A stretch of 64,000 nucleotides of DNA, from assembly GCA_965662265.1 (NCBI GenBank), contig CBFIGX010000005.1, forward strand, positions 7,494 through 71,493, given 5' to 3'. The DNA is from Flavobacteriales bacterium. Lineage in GTDB: Bacteria > Bacteroidota > Bacteroidia > Flavobacteriales > UBA7430. The position numbers were made by a program, and so were the translations under genes. The notes below the pieces were generated by a model, which saw only the letters and a program-made list of their open reading frames with translations, searched no databases and was not told where the DNA came from. Shown here one piece after another: positions 38,890 to 49,444 of the stretch (its first letter is position 1; each line of letters starts with the position of its first letter).

Positions 38890-40779
38890 TTATTTAACTT
38901 CTTCGAAGTCTACATCAGTAACATCTTCTGTTTTTTGCTCTTCAGCATCAGGTGCAGATGTATTTGCCCCGCCTTCATTAGACTGTGCATACATCTCTTG
39001 AGATGCCTCTTGAAAAATTCGATTTAAAGTTTCCATTGATTTATCAATTGCATCAAGATCTTGAGATTCATGTGCTTTCTTTAAATCTCCAATTGCTTCT
39101 TCGATTGGCTTTTTCTTATCTTCTGGTAGCTTGTCACCGAATTCTGCCAACTGCTTTTCGGTTTGAAAAATCATTTGATCAGCGGCATTGAGTTTATCAA
39201 CTTTTTCTTTAACCTTCTTATCAGCATCTTCATTTGCTTTTGCTTCGTCACGCATCTTTTGAATTTCTTCTTCAGTAAGACCTGATGAAGACTCAATTTT
39301 AATGTGCTGCTCTTTACCAGTAGATTTGTCTTTTGCAGATACCTTCATAATTCCGTTCGCATCAATATCAAAAGTAACCTCAATTTGAGGGACTCCACGT
39401 TGTGCCGGTGGTATATCTGTTAGTTGGAAGCGACCGATAGTTTTGTTGTCTGCAGACATTGATCGCTCGCCTTGTAATACATGTATATCTACTGCTGGCT
39501 GATTATCTGCTGCTGTAGAAAAGACTTGTGATTTATTAGTAGGGATTGTTGTATTAGCGTCAATTAACTTGGTAAATACACCGCCCATAGTTTCAATACC
39601 CAATGATAATGGTGTTACGTCAAGCAATAAAACATCTTTAACCTCTCCTGTTAAAACACCACCCTGAATTGCTGCACCAACCGCAACTACTTCATCTGGA
39701 TTTACTCCTTTAGATGGTTTTTTTCCAAAAAACTCTTCTACAATCGCTTGAATAGCTGGAATACGTGTAGATCCACCAACTAAGATAACTTCATCAATTT
39801 CATTTTTGTCTAAACCAGAGTCAAGTAGTGCTTTTTTACATGGCTCTATGGAACGTTGAATTAATGAATCCGCCAATTGCTCAAATTGTGCACGTGTTAA
39901 TGTTCTTACGAGGTGTTTTGGGCCTGAAGAGGTAGCTGTAATATAAGGAAGGTTTATTTCTGTTTGTGTAGAGGAAGATAGTTCAACCTTTGCTTTTTCT
40001 GCTGCTTCTTTAAGACGCTGTAAAGCCATAGGATCTTGTCTCAAATCGATACTTTCTTCATTCTTAAACTCCGATGCCATCCAATCTATAATGACCTGAT
40101 CAAAGTCATCACCACCAAGATGCGTATCACCATTTGTAGATTTCACTTCAAATACACCGTCACCTAGTTCTAATATGGAAATATCAAACGTACCACCACC
40201 TAAATCAAAAACTGCAATATTTACATCGCTGTCTTTCTTATCTAATCCATAGGCTAAAGCTGCTGCTGTAGGTTCGTTAATAATTCTACGCACTTTGAGT
40301 CCGGCAATTTCACCAGCTTCTTTTGTTGCTTGACGTTGCGCATCATTAAAATACGCAGGAACTGTAACTACTGCTTCTGATACATCGTGTCCTAGATACT
40401 CCTCTGCTGTTTTCTTCATTTTCTGAAGTACCATTGCAGAAATTTCTTGAGGGCTATACATACGTCCATCAATATCAACTCTTGGAGTATTATTATCACC
40501 CTTAACTACTTTATAAGGTACAGATGAAACTTCTTTTTTACATTTATCAAAAGATTCACCCATGAAACGCTTAATGGAATAAATTGTATTTTCTGGATTC
40601 GTAATGGCTTGACGTTTTGCAGGATCTCCTACCTTACGTTCACCGCCCTCAACAAATGCAACAATAGAAGGTGTTGTACGTTTCCCTTCTGCATTAGCAA
40701 TTACTACAGGCTCATTAGCTTCCATAACCGAAACACAGGAGTTCGTAGTACCTAGGTCAATTCCTATAATCTTACTCAT
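38890..40779 (-). CDS. dnaK: Chaperone DnaK (Hsp70)
   Basis: [36 protein letters not shown]. Confidence 0.99.
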   Translation of the reverse strand: MSKIIGIDLGTTNSCVSVMEANEPVVIANAEGKRTTPSIVAFVEGGERKVGDPAKRQAITNPENTIYSIKRFMGESFDKCKKEVSSVPYKVVKGDNNTPRVDIDGRMYSPQEISAMVLQKMKKTAEEYLGHDVSEAVVTVPAYFNDAQRQATKEAGEIAGLKVRRIINEPTAAALAYGLDKKDSDVNIAVFDLGGGTFDISILELGDGVFEVKSTNGDTHLGGDDFDQVIIDWMASEFKNEESIDLRQDPMALQRLKEAAEKAKVELSSSTQTEINLPYITATSSGPKHLVRTLTRAQFEQLADSLIQRSIEPCKKALLDSGLDKNEIDEVILVGGSTRIPAIQAIVEEFFGKKPSKGVNPDEVVAVGAAIQGGVLTGEVKDVLLLDVTPLSLGIETMGGVFTKLIDANTTIPTNKSQVFSTAADNQPAVDIHVLQGERSMSADNKTIGRFQLTDIPPAQRGVPQIEVTFDIDANGIMKVSAKDKSTGKEQHIKIESSSGLTEEEIQKMRDEAKANEDADKKVKEKVDKLNAADQMIFQTEKQLAEFGDKLPEDKKKPIEEAIGDLKKAHESQDLDAIDKSMETLNRIFQEASQEMYAQSNEGGANTSAPDAEEQKTEDVTDVDFEEVK

Positions 40780-40824
40780 ATCTATGATTTTTTAATTTAA
40801 TGTTTAGAGTTACGAATTGACTAG

Positions 40825-40841
40825 GTCAATCATTATGCCAA
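40825..40841 (-). promoter_or_regulatory. Sigma-54-like -24/-12 promoter of dnaK
   Basis: Minus strand TTGGCATAATGATTGAC matches TGGCA-N6-TTG spacing exactly. Confidence 0.6.
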
Positions 40842-40872
40842 TACATTTAGGAGAGATTTTACCATAAAAAAA

Positions 40873-40928
40873 GTCATGTTTTGACAGTTTACCCATCAAA
40901 TCATGACATTACATATGACAGAATGTCA
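40873..40928. promoter_or_regulatory. Clustered TGACA/TGTCA operator or enhancer-like sites upstream of dnaK
   Basis: GTCA-N5-TGAC at 40873-40885, TGACA at 40904, TGACA-gaa-TGTCA at 40916-40928. Confidence 0.6.
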
Positions 40929-40932
40929 ATAA

Positions 40933-42024
40933 TTAATTATAGCGAGCTTCAATTTCACCATCACCATTAAGTATGAAGTAAGCAAAATTCAAATGTTTGG
41001 TAATATCAGAGGAGGAAATTTCATCATTGGTATCATTATTAATTTTTACACCTATTACATTTGCATAAGATCTAGACGATAATAACCCAATACCAACGTC
41101 TATGTTAGAGTACTCTGGACGCTCTGTAACTATAGAACTGCTAGACTGGTTAAGTAATAGATAATCAGACAAATCTTTACCTGCTATATTCAGGGTAAAA
41201 TCTAAGCACCTGTGAGAAATCACAAAACCACTTGTACTTTGAGGTGTTTCTGTTCCAAGAACCTGTCTATAAACGTTGGGATTAGGCTCTATATTAGCCG
41301 CTATAAATGACAGGAATTGTTGAGGATCAATGGTGATGAACATATCTTCTCCCCCATTTGTATTAATTGATTGCTTAAGAGGGAAATTCCAATCTATATA
41401 CTTATGCACTGTGTCATTTAGATTGGCTATTTGCTGTTCAATATAATGGAATCTAATTACTAATTCATACAATTTACCACCACGAATACTATTCCACTCT
41501 GCGTTAGCAGCATACCCATCTGTTAAAATGTTCAAAGGAGTTACTGTATTGGGTTTAATCAACTGAGGTGTCTCTAACAAATCAATGGCGCGTTCAGATT
41601 TCGCGGTAACAGAGTCCGAAACTTCAAGTTCTATTGAATAAAACTTGTTATCATATAAGATTTCATTCGTTTTATATATAACTTGAGCTGGTGAACTAAA
41701 ATCACCTTCGGGCTTATCAAAAACGTCAGTGGGTTCTAGAGTAATACTTCTATTACTAACTCCATTAGATGATGAATGTTCAAGAAGTCTCAACTCTACA
41801 TTGTCATCATTGTAATATATAGAGTCAAATTCTTGTGCCATCATCATCACGTTTCCTTGACCTAAGAAGGCTTTATTAAGTTTAACGTAATGTGTACTAT
41901 CATCTACATTTAAGATACTGTAGATTACTGGAATGTCTTTCCATTCAGCAGTTATGTCTAAATCATTTTCACACGAAGGTAAAAATGCAAGAGTAATTAA
42001 TCCAATAAGAGTTTTTCTAATCAT
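40933..42024 (-). CDS. DUF4249-like lipoprotein
   Basis: LPSC-ENDLDI lipobox; PVIYSIL; YVKLNKAFLG; YSNIDVGIGLLSSR. Confidence 0.7.
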   Translation of the reverse strand: MIRKTLIGLITLAFLPSCENDLDITAEWKDIPVIYSILNVDDSTHYVKLNKAFLGQGNVMMMAQEFDSIYYNDDNVELRLLEHSSSNGVSNRSITLEPTDVFDKPEGDFSSPAQVIYKTNEILYDNKFYSIELEVSDSVTAKSERAIDLLETPQLIKPNTVTPLNILTDGYAANAEWNSIRGGKLYELVIRFHYIEQQIANLNDTVHKYIDWNFPLKQSINTNGGEDMFITIDPQQFLSFIAANIEPNPNVYRQVLGTETPQSTSGFVISHRCLDFTLNIAGKDLSDYLLLNQSSSSIVTERPEYSNIDVGIGLLSSRSYANVIGVKINNDTNDEISSSDITKHLNFAYFILNGDGEIEARYN

Positions 42025-42077
42025 GAAAGCAAAGGTATAATATTTTCTTACTTTTGTTTAGTTACCAATAGAAGCTT

Positions 42078-43295
42078 ATGAAACAATTATCATGCCTTTG
42101 TCTTTTTATTACTTTTATCCATATACAGATGAAAGCACAGCAAACAGTTCAGCTTAAACTTAACCAGTTAATGCTTGACGAATCGTTTTCGGAAATTAAT
42201 GATTTGTGGCCTGTTATTACCAATGATGACAATTTTTTTGTGTTCGACAAAGGTGAGTTTTTCATGAATCGAGTTAAACAAGGAGCACCCTATGCACTGA
42301 TGAGTAATTGGGAAAATGACTTAAATGCATTTAGGATCCAAGCATCTGTTATGCTTGGTCCTTCAGAGTCGAATAACCAATCTATCGGATTAATTATTAG
42401 AGCAAGTTCAGATGGACAGAGCGCATTAATGATTGACATAAATAAAAATAATCGATTTAGGGTTCGTCAATTAGTTTCTGGTAATTATGTTACCGTAACA
42501 GATGAGAGCAAAGACGGATGGATTAAAAATTCATCTATAAAAGGTATCAATGAGTATAATGATATAGAAATCAGAACCAATGGTAAAGATCATGACTTGT
42601 ACATCAATGGATCCCTTGTATTTACTTTTACAATTGATGACTTAAACAGTGGTAATATTGGACTATTCATAGGTCCCAATACGAAAGCAAGGATAGATTA
42701 TATTTCTGTGTATGCAGATGAATTTTATCGCGACAAAAACAAAATTTATTTGACTGACGATGAAATTAGAGACCTAATTTATCAAAATGAAAAATTAGAA
42801 TTAGAGCTTGAGCAATCTCTTGATGCTCGTGCTTTAGAATTACAAAATGCAATACGTATACTTGAAAATCAATTAAAAGCAATGCGTCTTGTAAATGAAC
42901 AGTTAGATATAGAAAATTCACAATATGCAGTCATTAAATCTGCTATCGATACTAGCCAAACACAATTACTTCTCGATCTAAGTCATAAAGTTATTAATAA
43001 CACACTTGAAAATCGGCAGTTAAAAATAGAGCATAAAATTTTAAGTGATTCTCTAAAAAAAGTGAAATTAAACTATGAAAATTTAGAATTAGAATTATTT
43101 CAAAAAGTGATTGATGTTAAAACTGAAGAACAATTATTTATAGATTCTGTTTTAACTAAATTTTGTATTAATGATACCATCTATTTAAATTTAGACTCTT
43201 TAGTGATCGACTCGGTTTATTTAGATCATATTAAAAAAAATAATTTCACTCAAGACTCTATTTCAAAAGAGATTAGCGAACCCATAACGGAATAA
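42078..43295 (+). CDS. Exported protein with a beta-sandwich (DUF1080/lectin-like) domain and a coiled coil
   Basis: Signal peptide; GLIIRA, YNDIEI..G...LYING, GNIGLF; heptad-rich C-terminal half. Confidence 0.6.
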   Translation: MKQLSCLCLFITFIHIQMKAQQTVQLKLNQLMLDESFSEINDLWPVITNDDNFFVFDKGEFFMNRVKQGAPYALMSNWENDLNAFRIQASVMLGPSESNNQSIGLIIRASSDGQSALMIDINKNNRFRVRQLVSGNYVTVTDESKDGWIKNSSIKGINEYNDIEIRTNGKDHDLYINGSLVFTFTIDDLNSGNIGLFIGPNTKARIDYISVYADEFYRDKNKIYLTDDEIRDLIYQNEKLELELEQSLDARALELQNAIRILENQLKAMRLVNEQLDIENSQYAVIKSAIDTSQTQLLLDLSHKVINNTLENRQLKIEHKILSDSLKKVKLNYENLELELFQKVIDVKTEEQLFIDSVLTKFCINDTIYLNLDSLVIDSVYLDHIKKNNFTQDSISKEISEPITE

Positions 43296-43297
43296 TT

Positions 43298-44116
43298 ATG
43301 TCTCCACACACAAATAAATTCAAGAAAATAACAACCAATGTGCTTCAAGAAATGAAGCGTGATGGAGAGAAAATATCTATGTTAACTGCTTATGACTTTA
43401 CTATGGCTAAAATGGTGGACTCAGCTGGTGTAGATGTCATTCTTGTTGGAGATTCAGCCTCTAATGTTATGGCTGGTCATCAAACTACACTACCCATAAC
43501 ACTAAACGAAATGATTTATCACGCATCATCTGTAGTAAGAGCTGTTAATAGAGCTTTAGTCGTGGTGGACTTACCGTTCGGTACTTATCAGGGTAACTCA
43601 ATAGAAGCATTAAATTCTGCTATTAAAGTAATGAAAGAGTCTGGAGCTCATTCAGTAAAGCTAGAAGGTGGATCCGAAATTATTGAATCTGTACGACGAA
43701 TTTTAACTGCTGGAATACCTGTCATGGGTCATCTGGGATTAACTCCTCAATCAATATATAAATTTGGAACCTATACGGTTAGAGCTAAGGAAGAGGCTGA
43801 AGCTAAAAAACTACTCGATGATGCACTACTCCTTGAATCGGCAGGTTGTTATGCGATTGTTCTTGAAAAAGTACCCGCAAAACTTGCTGAAAAAGTAGCT
43901 AAAAAATTAAGCATACCAGTTATTGGAATCGGTGCAGGTTCAAAAGTTAACGGTCAAGTACTTGTTACACATGATTTACTGGGGATGACTCACGAATTTA
44001 ACCCTAGATTTCTCCGAAGATATTTATCATTATACGATCAAATTACTGGGGCAATAACATCTTATGTAAAGGATGTAAAAAGTGCAGAATTTCCTAATGA
44101 AAACGAGCAATATTAA
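43298..44116 (+). CDS. panB: 3-methyl-2-oxobutanoate hydroxymethyltransferase
   Basis: [37 protein letters not shown]. Confidence 0.97.
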   Translation: MSPHTNKFKKITTNVLQEMKRDGEKISMLTAYDFTMAKMVDSAGVDVILVGDSASNVMAGHQTTLPITLNEMIYHASSVVRAVNRALVVVDLPFGTYQGNSIEALNSAIKVMKESGAHSVKLEGGSEIIESVRRILTAGIPVMGHLGLTPQSIYKFGTYTVRAKEEAEAKKLLDDALLLESAGCYAIVLEKVPAKLAEKVAKKLSIPVIGIGAGSKVNGQVLVTHDLLGMTHEFNPRFLRRYLSLYDQITGAITSYVKDVKSAEFPNENEQY

Positions 44117-44784
44117 TGATTGACATTCTTTATGAAGACAATCATTTGATTGCTCTAAACAAAAAGTCTGGAGATATTGTTCAGGGAGACAAAACAGGAG
44201 ACAAACCCTTGAGTGAATTTGTTAAAGACTATCTTCGTAAGAAATATAATAAACCCGGAAATGTATATTGCGGTGTTGTCCATCGAATAGACAGACCAGT
44301 TACTGGAGTAGTTATTTTTGCCAAAACAAGCAAAGCACTTTCTAGGATGAATAACTTATTTCGGGAAAAAGACCTTCAAAAAACATATTGGGCAATTATC
44401 AATAATATGCCCGAAAAAGAAGAAGCTACACTAACTCATTATTTGATCAAAAATGGTCGAAATAATAAATCTCAAGCATTCAACTTTCCAAAAGAAGGCG
44501 CATTAAAATCCATACTCAGTTATAGAACAATAAAAAAATTAGATAAATATTTTTTAGTCGAAGTGCAACCAAAAACAGGAAGGCATCATCAAATCCGAGT
44601 GCAACTGGCTCATATAGGATCTACAATAAAAGGAGATCTTAAATATGGGGCAAAACGATCAAACAAAGATGCATCTATAAATCTTCATGCTAGACAACTC
44701 GAATTTGTTCATCCTGTTAAAAAAGAGTCTATCCTAATTATTGCGCCACCACCAAATACGCCTATATGGAATGCTTGCTTATAA
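44116..44784 (+). CDS. RluA-family pseudouridine synthase
   Basis: LYEDNH, VHRIDRPVTG, TGRHHQIRVQ, GDLKYG, LHA. Confidence 0.93.
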   Translation: MIDILYEDNHLIALNKKSGDIVQGDKTGDKPLSEFVKDYLRKKYNKPGNVYCGVVHRIDRPVTGVVIFAKTSKALSRMNNLFREKDLQKTYWAIINNMPEKEEATLTHYLIKNGRNNKSQAFNFPKEGALKSILSYRTIKKLDKYFLVEVQPKTGRHHQIRVQLAHIGSTIKGDLKYGAKRSNKDASINLHARQLEFVHPVKKESILIIAPPPNTPIWNACL

Positions 44785-44793
44785 GTTTGTGTA

Positions 44794-45786
44794 TTAAGTA
44801 CTTTTTGATTTATACCATTTTGTGAAATCCTGAAGAGTTTGTTGAGTAGTTTGTTGTGGTTCGTAACCGAGGTCTGTTTTAATTTTTTCAATATTTAAAC
44901 TCATAGAATATTTTAAAACAGCAACACCATAGGTGGTGATACTGGGTTCCACATCTTTTATTCTACCTACTATCTCATTAAGTTTAGCTGCAAGAAATGC
45001 AACAGAATATGGTACTTTAGTGAGTTTCTTATTATAATTTAACTCATTTAAAATCTGCATCATAGTACCCCAAAGATTTACCGTTTCTCCATCTGTTACA
45101 TTATATATCTTTTGATCAGCTATCTCTGGTTTATCTATGCATAGCTTGACCGCAAAACACAAATTATTTATAGACGTAAAATCGACTTTATTTTTTCCAT
45201 CGCCAACAACCTTAAGTTTATTGTCTTTATATGCTCTTATTACTCGTGGAAACACATTTGTATCACCTAATCCAATAATTGCCCTAGGCCTAAGTACTGT
45301 TCTGTGATATCTAAGATTAGAATTTAAAACTAGTTGCTCAGAAAGCGCTTTAGTTTCCGCATAGTAACCAGTAAAATTATTCGGCAAATCATCCGACTCT
45401 TTGATATTCAACTTGTTAGAATAAGAAAAGTATACGTTAGCAGAAGATACATATATCAAGTGAGTTTTATCTGAACATACATTAATAATATTTTCAGTAA
45501 CACAAATATTTGCTTTATGAAAAGAGTCATACGTACCCCAAATAGAGGATTTTGCAGCACAATGAATAATGCAGTCGAACCCTGAAAGTTCAGAGGATAC
45601 AAAACTTTGATCAGATAAATCGCCTACAATAATAGGGATAGATAATGCTTCTAGTTGTTTTGCCTTTTGTACATTTCTTCCTGTCCCAACTACTTGAGCT
45701 TCGGGATAATTTTTAATTAAATAACGAAGAATTTGTCCTCCTGCAAATCCTGTAGCACCTGTAACTAGAAACCTCATTTTTTCCAA
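44794..45786 (-). CDS. Extended SDR / NAD-dependent epimerase (3-beta-HSD/OleD-like)
   Basis: TGATGFAG, HCAA, YAETK (YxxxK), LRPRAIIG.GD. Confidence 0.87.
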   Translation of the reverse strand: MEKMRFLVTGATGFAGGQILRYLIKNYPEAQVVGTGRNVQKAKQLEALSIPIIVGDLSDQSFVSSELSGFDCIIHCAAKSSIWGTYDSFHKANICVTENIINVCSDKTHLIYVSSANVYFSYSNKLNIKESDDLPNNFTGYYAETKALSEQLVLNSNLRYHRTVLRPRAIIGLGDTNVFPRVIRAYKDNKLKVVGDGKNKVDFTSINNLCFAVKLCIDKPEIADQKIYNVTDGETVNLWGTMMQILNELNYNKKLTKVPYSVAFLAAKLNEIVGRIKDVEPSITTYGVAVLKYSMSLNIEKIKTDLGYEPQQTTQQTLQDFTKWYKSKST

Positions 45787-46346
45787 CTTATCTTTTCACT
45801 TATTGAGGACATGCGAATACCATCAACATTTATTTTTTCATCACAGTAACCAAAGTATAAAAACCCCAATACTTGATCTGGTTCTGAAAAACCTAAATAC
45901 GTCTTAAGTGAATTTGAGTAAGTCATACCTCCAGTCGACCAGTGAACAGCAACATTTTTCTCTGCAGCTACTAACAATATATTTTGCACAGCACAAGAGG
46001 TAGCAACAATCTCTTCTAGGAAGGCAATTTTAGAATTCGAATTTTTTGATATGACTGCAACTACATGAGAGGCTAGAATAGGAGTTCTAAGAAGCTTTTC
46101 ATATTTAGCTTCAGTAAAATTATTAGAATCTACTTCCTTCTTGTAAAGATCGGCTTGATAATGTGCAAATTTATTTATTGCATTATCGGAAAATACAACA
46201 AATCTCCATGGTTCTGTATTTCCATGAGTTGGTGCCCAGTTCGCAGCCTCAAGTATGTTTTCAACCAAGCTATCTGGCAAGCGCTTACCACTAAAAAACT
46301 TAGGCTTCACATTTCTTCTTTTTACTATTCTTTGTTTTATGTTCAT
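45774..46346 (-). CDS. Nitroreductase-family protein (YdjA-like)
   Basis: RRNVK, AANWAPTHGNTEPWRF, CAVQNILL, WSTG. Confidence 0.9.
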   Translation of the reverse strand: MNIKQRIVKRRNVKPKFFSGKRLPDSLVENILEAANWAPTHGNTEPWRFVVFSDNAINKFAHYQADLYKKEVDSNNFTEAKYEKLLRTPILASHVVAVISKNSNSKIAFLEEIVATSCAVQNILLVAAEKNVAVHWSTGGMTYSNSLKTYLGFSEPDQVLGFLYFGYCDEKINVDGIRMSSISEKISWKK

Positions 46347-46704
46347 TTTTATTATTGAAAAATTGAAAAATTATAACACCTAATAAATAAGCTAATACGT
46401 CTAGAATATCAGCAGTATATTGCTCCGATAAATTTGGTAAAACTAACTCAAAAATTAATGATATGTAAACTAAAAAAAATATTAATTGTTTAACAGAAAG
46501 TATATAGCATTGTTTTGCATATATGCTCAAAAAAAATCTTGTTATACTTAGAACAAGTACAGGTGCAATAATATCATTTAAATAAAATTGAATTATTGGG
46601 AAATTACAACCACTTATATACCATTCATTTAGAATAAACAACAAGAAAGAGGATATAAAAGTGCTGTTAAAAATAATTACCCAGGGAGTATGCTTGCTAT
46701 CCAT
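46300..46704 (-). CDS. Small membrane protein of unknown function
   Basis: About 4 hydrophobic segments; YLNDII..P, FELVLP, YTADILDV.AY.LG. Confidence 0.65.
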   Translation of the reverse strand: MDSKHTPWVIIFNSTFISSFLLFILNEWYISGCNFPIIQFYLNDIIAPVLVLSITRFFLSIYAKQCYILSVKQLIFFLVYISLIFELVLPNLSEQYTADILDVLAYLLGVIIFQFFNNKNEHKTKNSKKKKCEA

Positions 46705-46949
46705 AATAGTAATGAAATTATTCCAAAGAAAAGAAGTTGAACAAACTGAATAATGCGCTTGCCAAATATCATTACAAAGCCATCTGAATCATTAATTTTA
46801 ATAAATGGGATTTTATAAGGGTTAGGCTGGCCTTCTAGCACCTCTCTTGTCAAGCGTTCTTTTTTAAATAATTCTTCACCGCAATTGAAACAGTAAACCT
46901 CTTTGACAGAATTCCAATTTTTACATTTTGCACATAGCTTTTCATTCAT
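46677..46949 (-). CDS. Small zinc-ribbon protein with C-terminal membrane helix
   Basis: CAKC-x9-CFNCG and hydrophobic C-terminus; lies directly after priA. Confidence 0.7.
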   Translation of the reverse strand: MNEKLCAKCKNWNSVKEVYCFNCGEELFKKERLTREVLEGQPNPYKIPFIKINDSDGFVMIFGKRIIQFVQLLFFGIISLLLWIASILPG

Positions 46950-46960
46950 TTCTTAAGGGA

Positions 46961-49444
46961 TTAAAAAGGATCTACATCAATTCGGATTTTTACACCTTTA
47001 AATTGTTCCATACTCCTAATACTATTTACATATTTGTTAAGCCTAAGTTTAGAATCAGCATAAGATAAGCTTCGTTCAATCTTCAATAAAATTTGCTTTT
47101 GATGTAATGATTTGATTCGCTCTATATATGGAAATTCAGGCCCCAACACTCTAGATTCAAAAACTTGCCTTAAAGCATTTGCAAGTGTATCTGATGCATT
47201 AATTACTGTTGATCTACTTCTGTGACGGACCAATATATGTATCATCCTATAAAAGGGTGGGTATCTATATGTTTGACGCTCCTTTAACTGAACTTGTAGC
47301 ATGGTCTTGTAATCATTTGACTTGACAAAGTTTAACACATCATGCTCTGGCTGAAAGGCCTGTATGACAACTTTACTTTGTTCTTGTTTTCTACCAGCAC
47401 GACCAGACACTTGGCAAAGCATTTGAAAGGCCCTCTCGAATGCTCTGAAATCTGGAAAATTGAAAAGCTGATCGGCATTTAATACACCAACCATCCCTAC
47501 ATGCTTAAAATCTAAACCTTTACTAATCATCTGTGTACCTACTAGAATGTCAATTTCTCTGTCTTCAAAGGCGTTAATTAGTCGTTCATAAGCTCCTTTC
47601 TGTCGTGTTGTATCATAATCCATTCGCAGAATTACTTTATCAGAGAAAATGGATGCTAATTCATCCTCAATTTTCTCAGTCCCAAAGCCCTTATACTTTA
47701 CATCAAAGTTGTTACATAGCTTACAAAAGTTTGCGGGCTTTTCTGTATAACCACAGTAATGACATTTATGTTTATGTGTTTGTTTGTGGTAGGTAAGGCT
47801 AACATCACAATACTTGCATTGAGGAACATGGCCACAAGACTGACATTGTTGCTGAGGTGCAAAACCTCTTCTATTCTGAAACAAAAGAACCTGTTGTCCA
47901 GTATTTATAGTATCTTGAATAGAGCCTAACAATTGTTCAGAGAAGTGGCCGTGCATTTTTTTTCTTTTATACGCATGACCAATGTCTACAATCTGAATCT
48001 CTGGAAAACTAAAGTTCCCAAACCGCTTTTTTAGAGTAGTAAGGTGGTACTTTTGCTCATAAACATTATATGCTGTTTCGAGAGAAGGAGTAGCAGTTCC
48101 AAGTAATATTTTACTTCCATAATGGCCTCCCATGTAAACAGCCAGATCCCTTGCATTATATCTTGGCGCTGGGTCTTGTTGTTTAAATGAAGTATCGTGC
48201 TCTTCGTCAACTATAACAAGTCCCAATTTAGCGAAAGGTAAAAAAACAGATGAACGCGCGCCAACTACAATTGGAAATCTAAGGTTGTGTCGTATATCAC
48301 TCCATAACTCAGCTTTTTCATTTATTCCAAACTTAGAGTGGTATACCGCTACTCTATCTCCAAAAGCATACTTTAGGCGTGATACTAGCTGTGTAGTTAA
48401 TGCAATTTCAGGAACTAAATATAAAACCTGCTCTCCAGCATCTAAATACTTTTTAATGATATGAATGTATACTTCTGTTTTACCACTTGATGTTACTCCG
48501 TGAAGAAGCGAAACTTTTTTATCTGTAGAGTTAAAGCTGTCTAATGCCTTTTGTTGCTCCTCATTTAGATGCTTTAATTTAGGAATCTTTAAATCAAATT
48601 GTTCTAACCTGTTAACTTCAACATCATACAATTCAATAATATTCTTTTCCACAAGGCCCTTGGCATGAACAGTTTTAAATCCATGATTTTTACAGAAGGG
48701 ATAAAAATCTATTTCAGATTGGGATTCCAATAAAAATTGATGCAAAAATGCTTCTTGTTTAGGTGATTTTCTATACTTATTTAAGAGTTTGATAGCATTT
48801 TCTGAATTGACATCTTTTGCCAAACAAAAGACACGTTTCTTCTTAGAACGATACTGCTCTTTGATTTCATCCTCTAGCTTAATTATTTTTGAGTCTTGCA
48901 TACCTTTGATGAAAGGTAACACTGTTTTGAGTTGTAAAATTTTAGCAACTTCTTTAACCCTCAATCTTTGGTGTAATTCTAATGCCTCTACAACAAGAAA
49001 TTCAGCATCAGTTAATTCAGTTTTATTTAAATTGAAATCAGGGTGTATAACAAGATAGGTTTCGTTAGCGAGCTTATATGAAGACGGTAGAGCTGCATTC
49101 ATAACTTCACCTATAGAACACATGTAGTATTTTGACACCCATTGCCACAAAGCAATATTTGCCTTAGAAACTATAGGTGTATCATCTAAAACTTCCATAA
49201 CATACTTAAGTTCATAGGAAGGTTTAATATGATGAATTGACTCAACTATTGCAGCATATACTTTTGTATTTCCAAAAGGAACGGCAACGCGACATCCTAC
49301 TTGAACCAAGCCTAAGATTTCCTCTCTTAACTGGTACGTAAATATTTGTTTTACAGGCAGGGGAAGAATTACATTAACATATATATTTTCCTCAGCCTCC
49401 AACAGTTTGTTTTTTTGCTTTTTTAGAGCCAGAATACAACTCAT
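46961..49444 (-). CDS. priA: Primosomal protein N' (replication restart helicase)
   Basis: HGVTSSGKT, VPEIALT, DEEH, NRRG, CxxC clusters, QVSGRAGR; true start may be TTG at 49402. Confidence 0.97.
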   Translation of the reverse strand: MSCILALKKQKNKLLEAEENIYVNVILPLPVKQIFTYQLREEILGLVQVGCRVAVPFGNTKVYAAIVESIHHIKPSYELKYVMEVLDDTPIVSKANIALWQWVSKYYMCSIGEVMNAALPSSYKLANETYLVIHPDFNLNKTELTDAEFLVVEALELHQRLRVKEVAKILQLKTVLPFIKGMQDSKIIKLEDEIKEQYRSKKKRVFCLAKDVNSENAIKLLNKYRKSPKQEAFLHQFLLESQSEIDFYPFCKNHGFKTVHAKGLVEKNIIELYDVEVNRLEQFDLKIPKLKHLNEEQQKALDSFNSTDKKVSLLHGVTSSGKTEVYIHIIKKYLDAGEQVLYLVPEIALTTQLVSRLKYAFGDRVAVYHSKFGINEKAELWSDIRHNLRFPIVVGARSSVFLPFAKLGLVIVDEEHDTSFKQQDPAPRYNARDLAVYMGGHYGSKILLGTATPSLETAYNVYEQKYHLTTLKKRFGNFSFPEIQIVDIGHAYKRKKMHGHFSEQLLGSIQDTINTGQQVLLFQNRRGFAPQQQCQSCGHVPQCKYCDVSLTYHKQTHKHKCHYCGYTEKPANFCKLCNNFDVKYKGFGTEKIEDELASIFSDKVILRMDYDTTRQKGAYERLINAFEDREIDILVGTQMISKGLDFKHVGMVGVLNADQLFNFPDFRAFERAFQMLCQVSGRAGRKQEQSKVVIQAFQPEHDVLNFVKSNDYKTMLQVQLKERQTYRYPPFYRMIHILVRHRSRSTVINASDTLANALRQVFESRVLGPEFPYIERIKSLHQKQILLKIERSLSYADSKLRLNKYVNSIRSMEQFKGVKIRIDVDPF

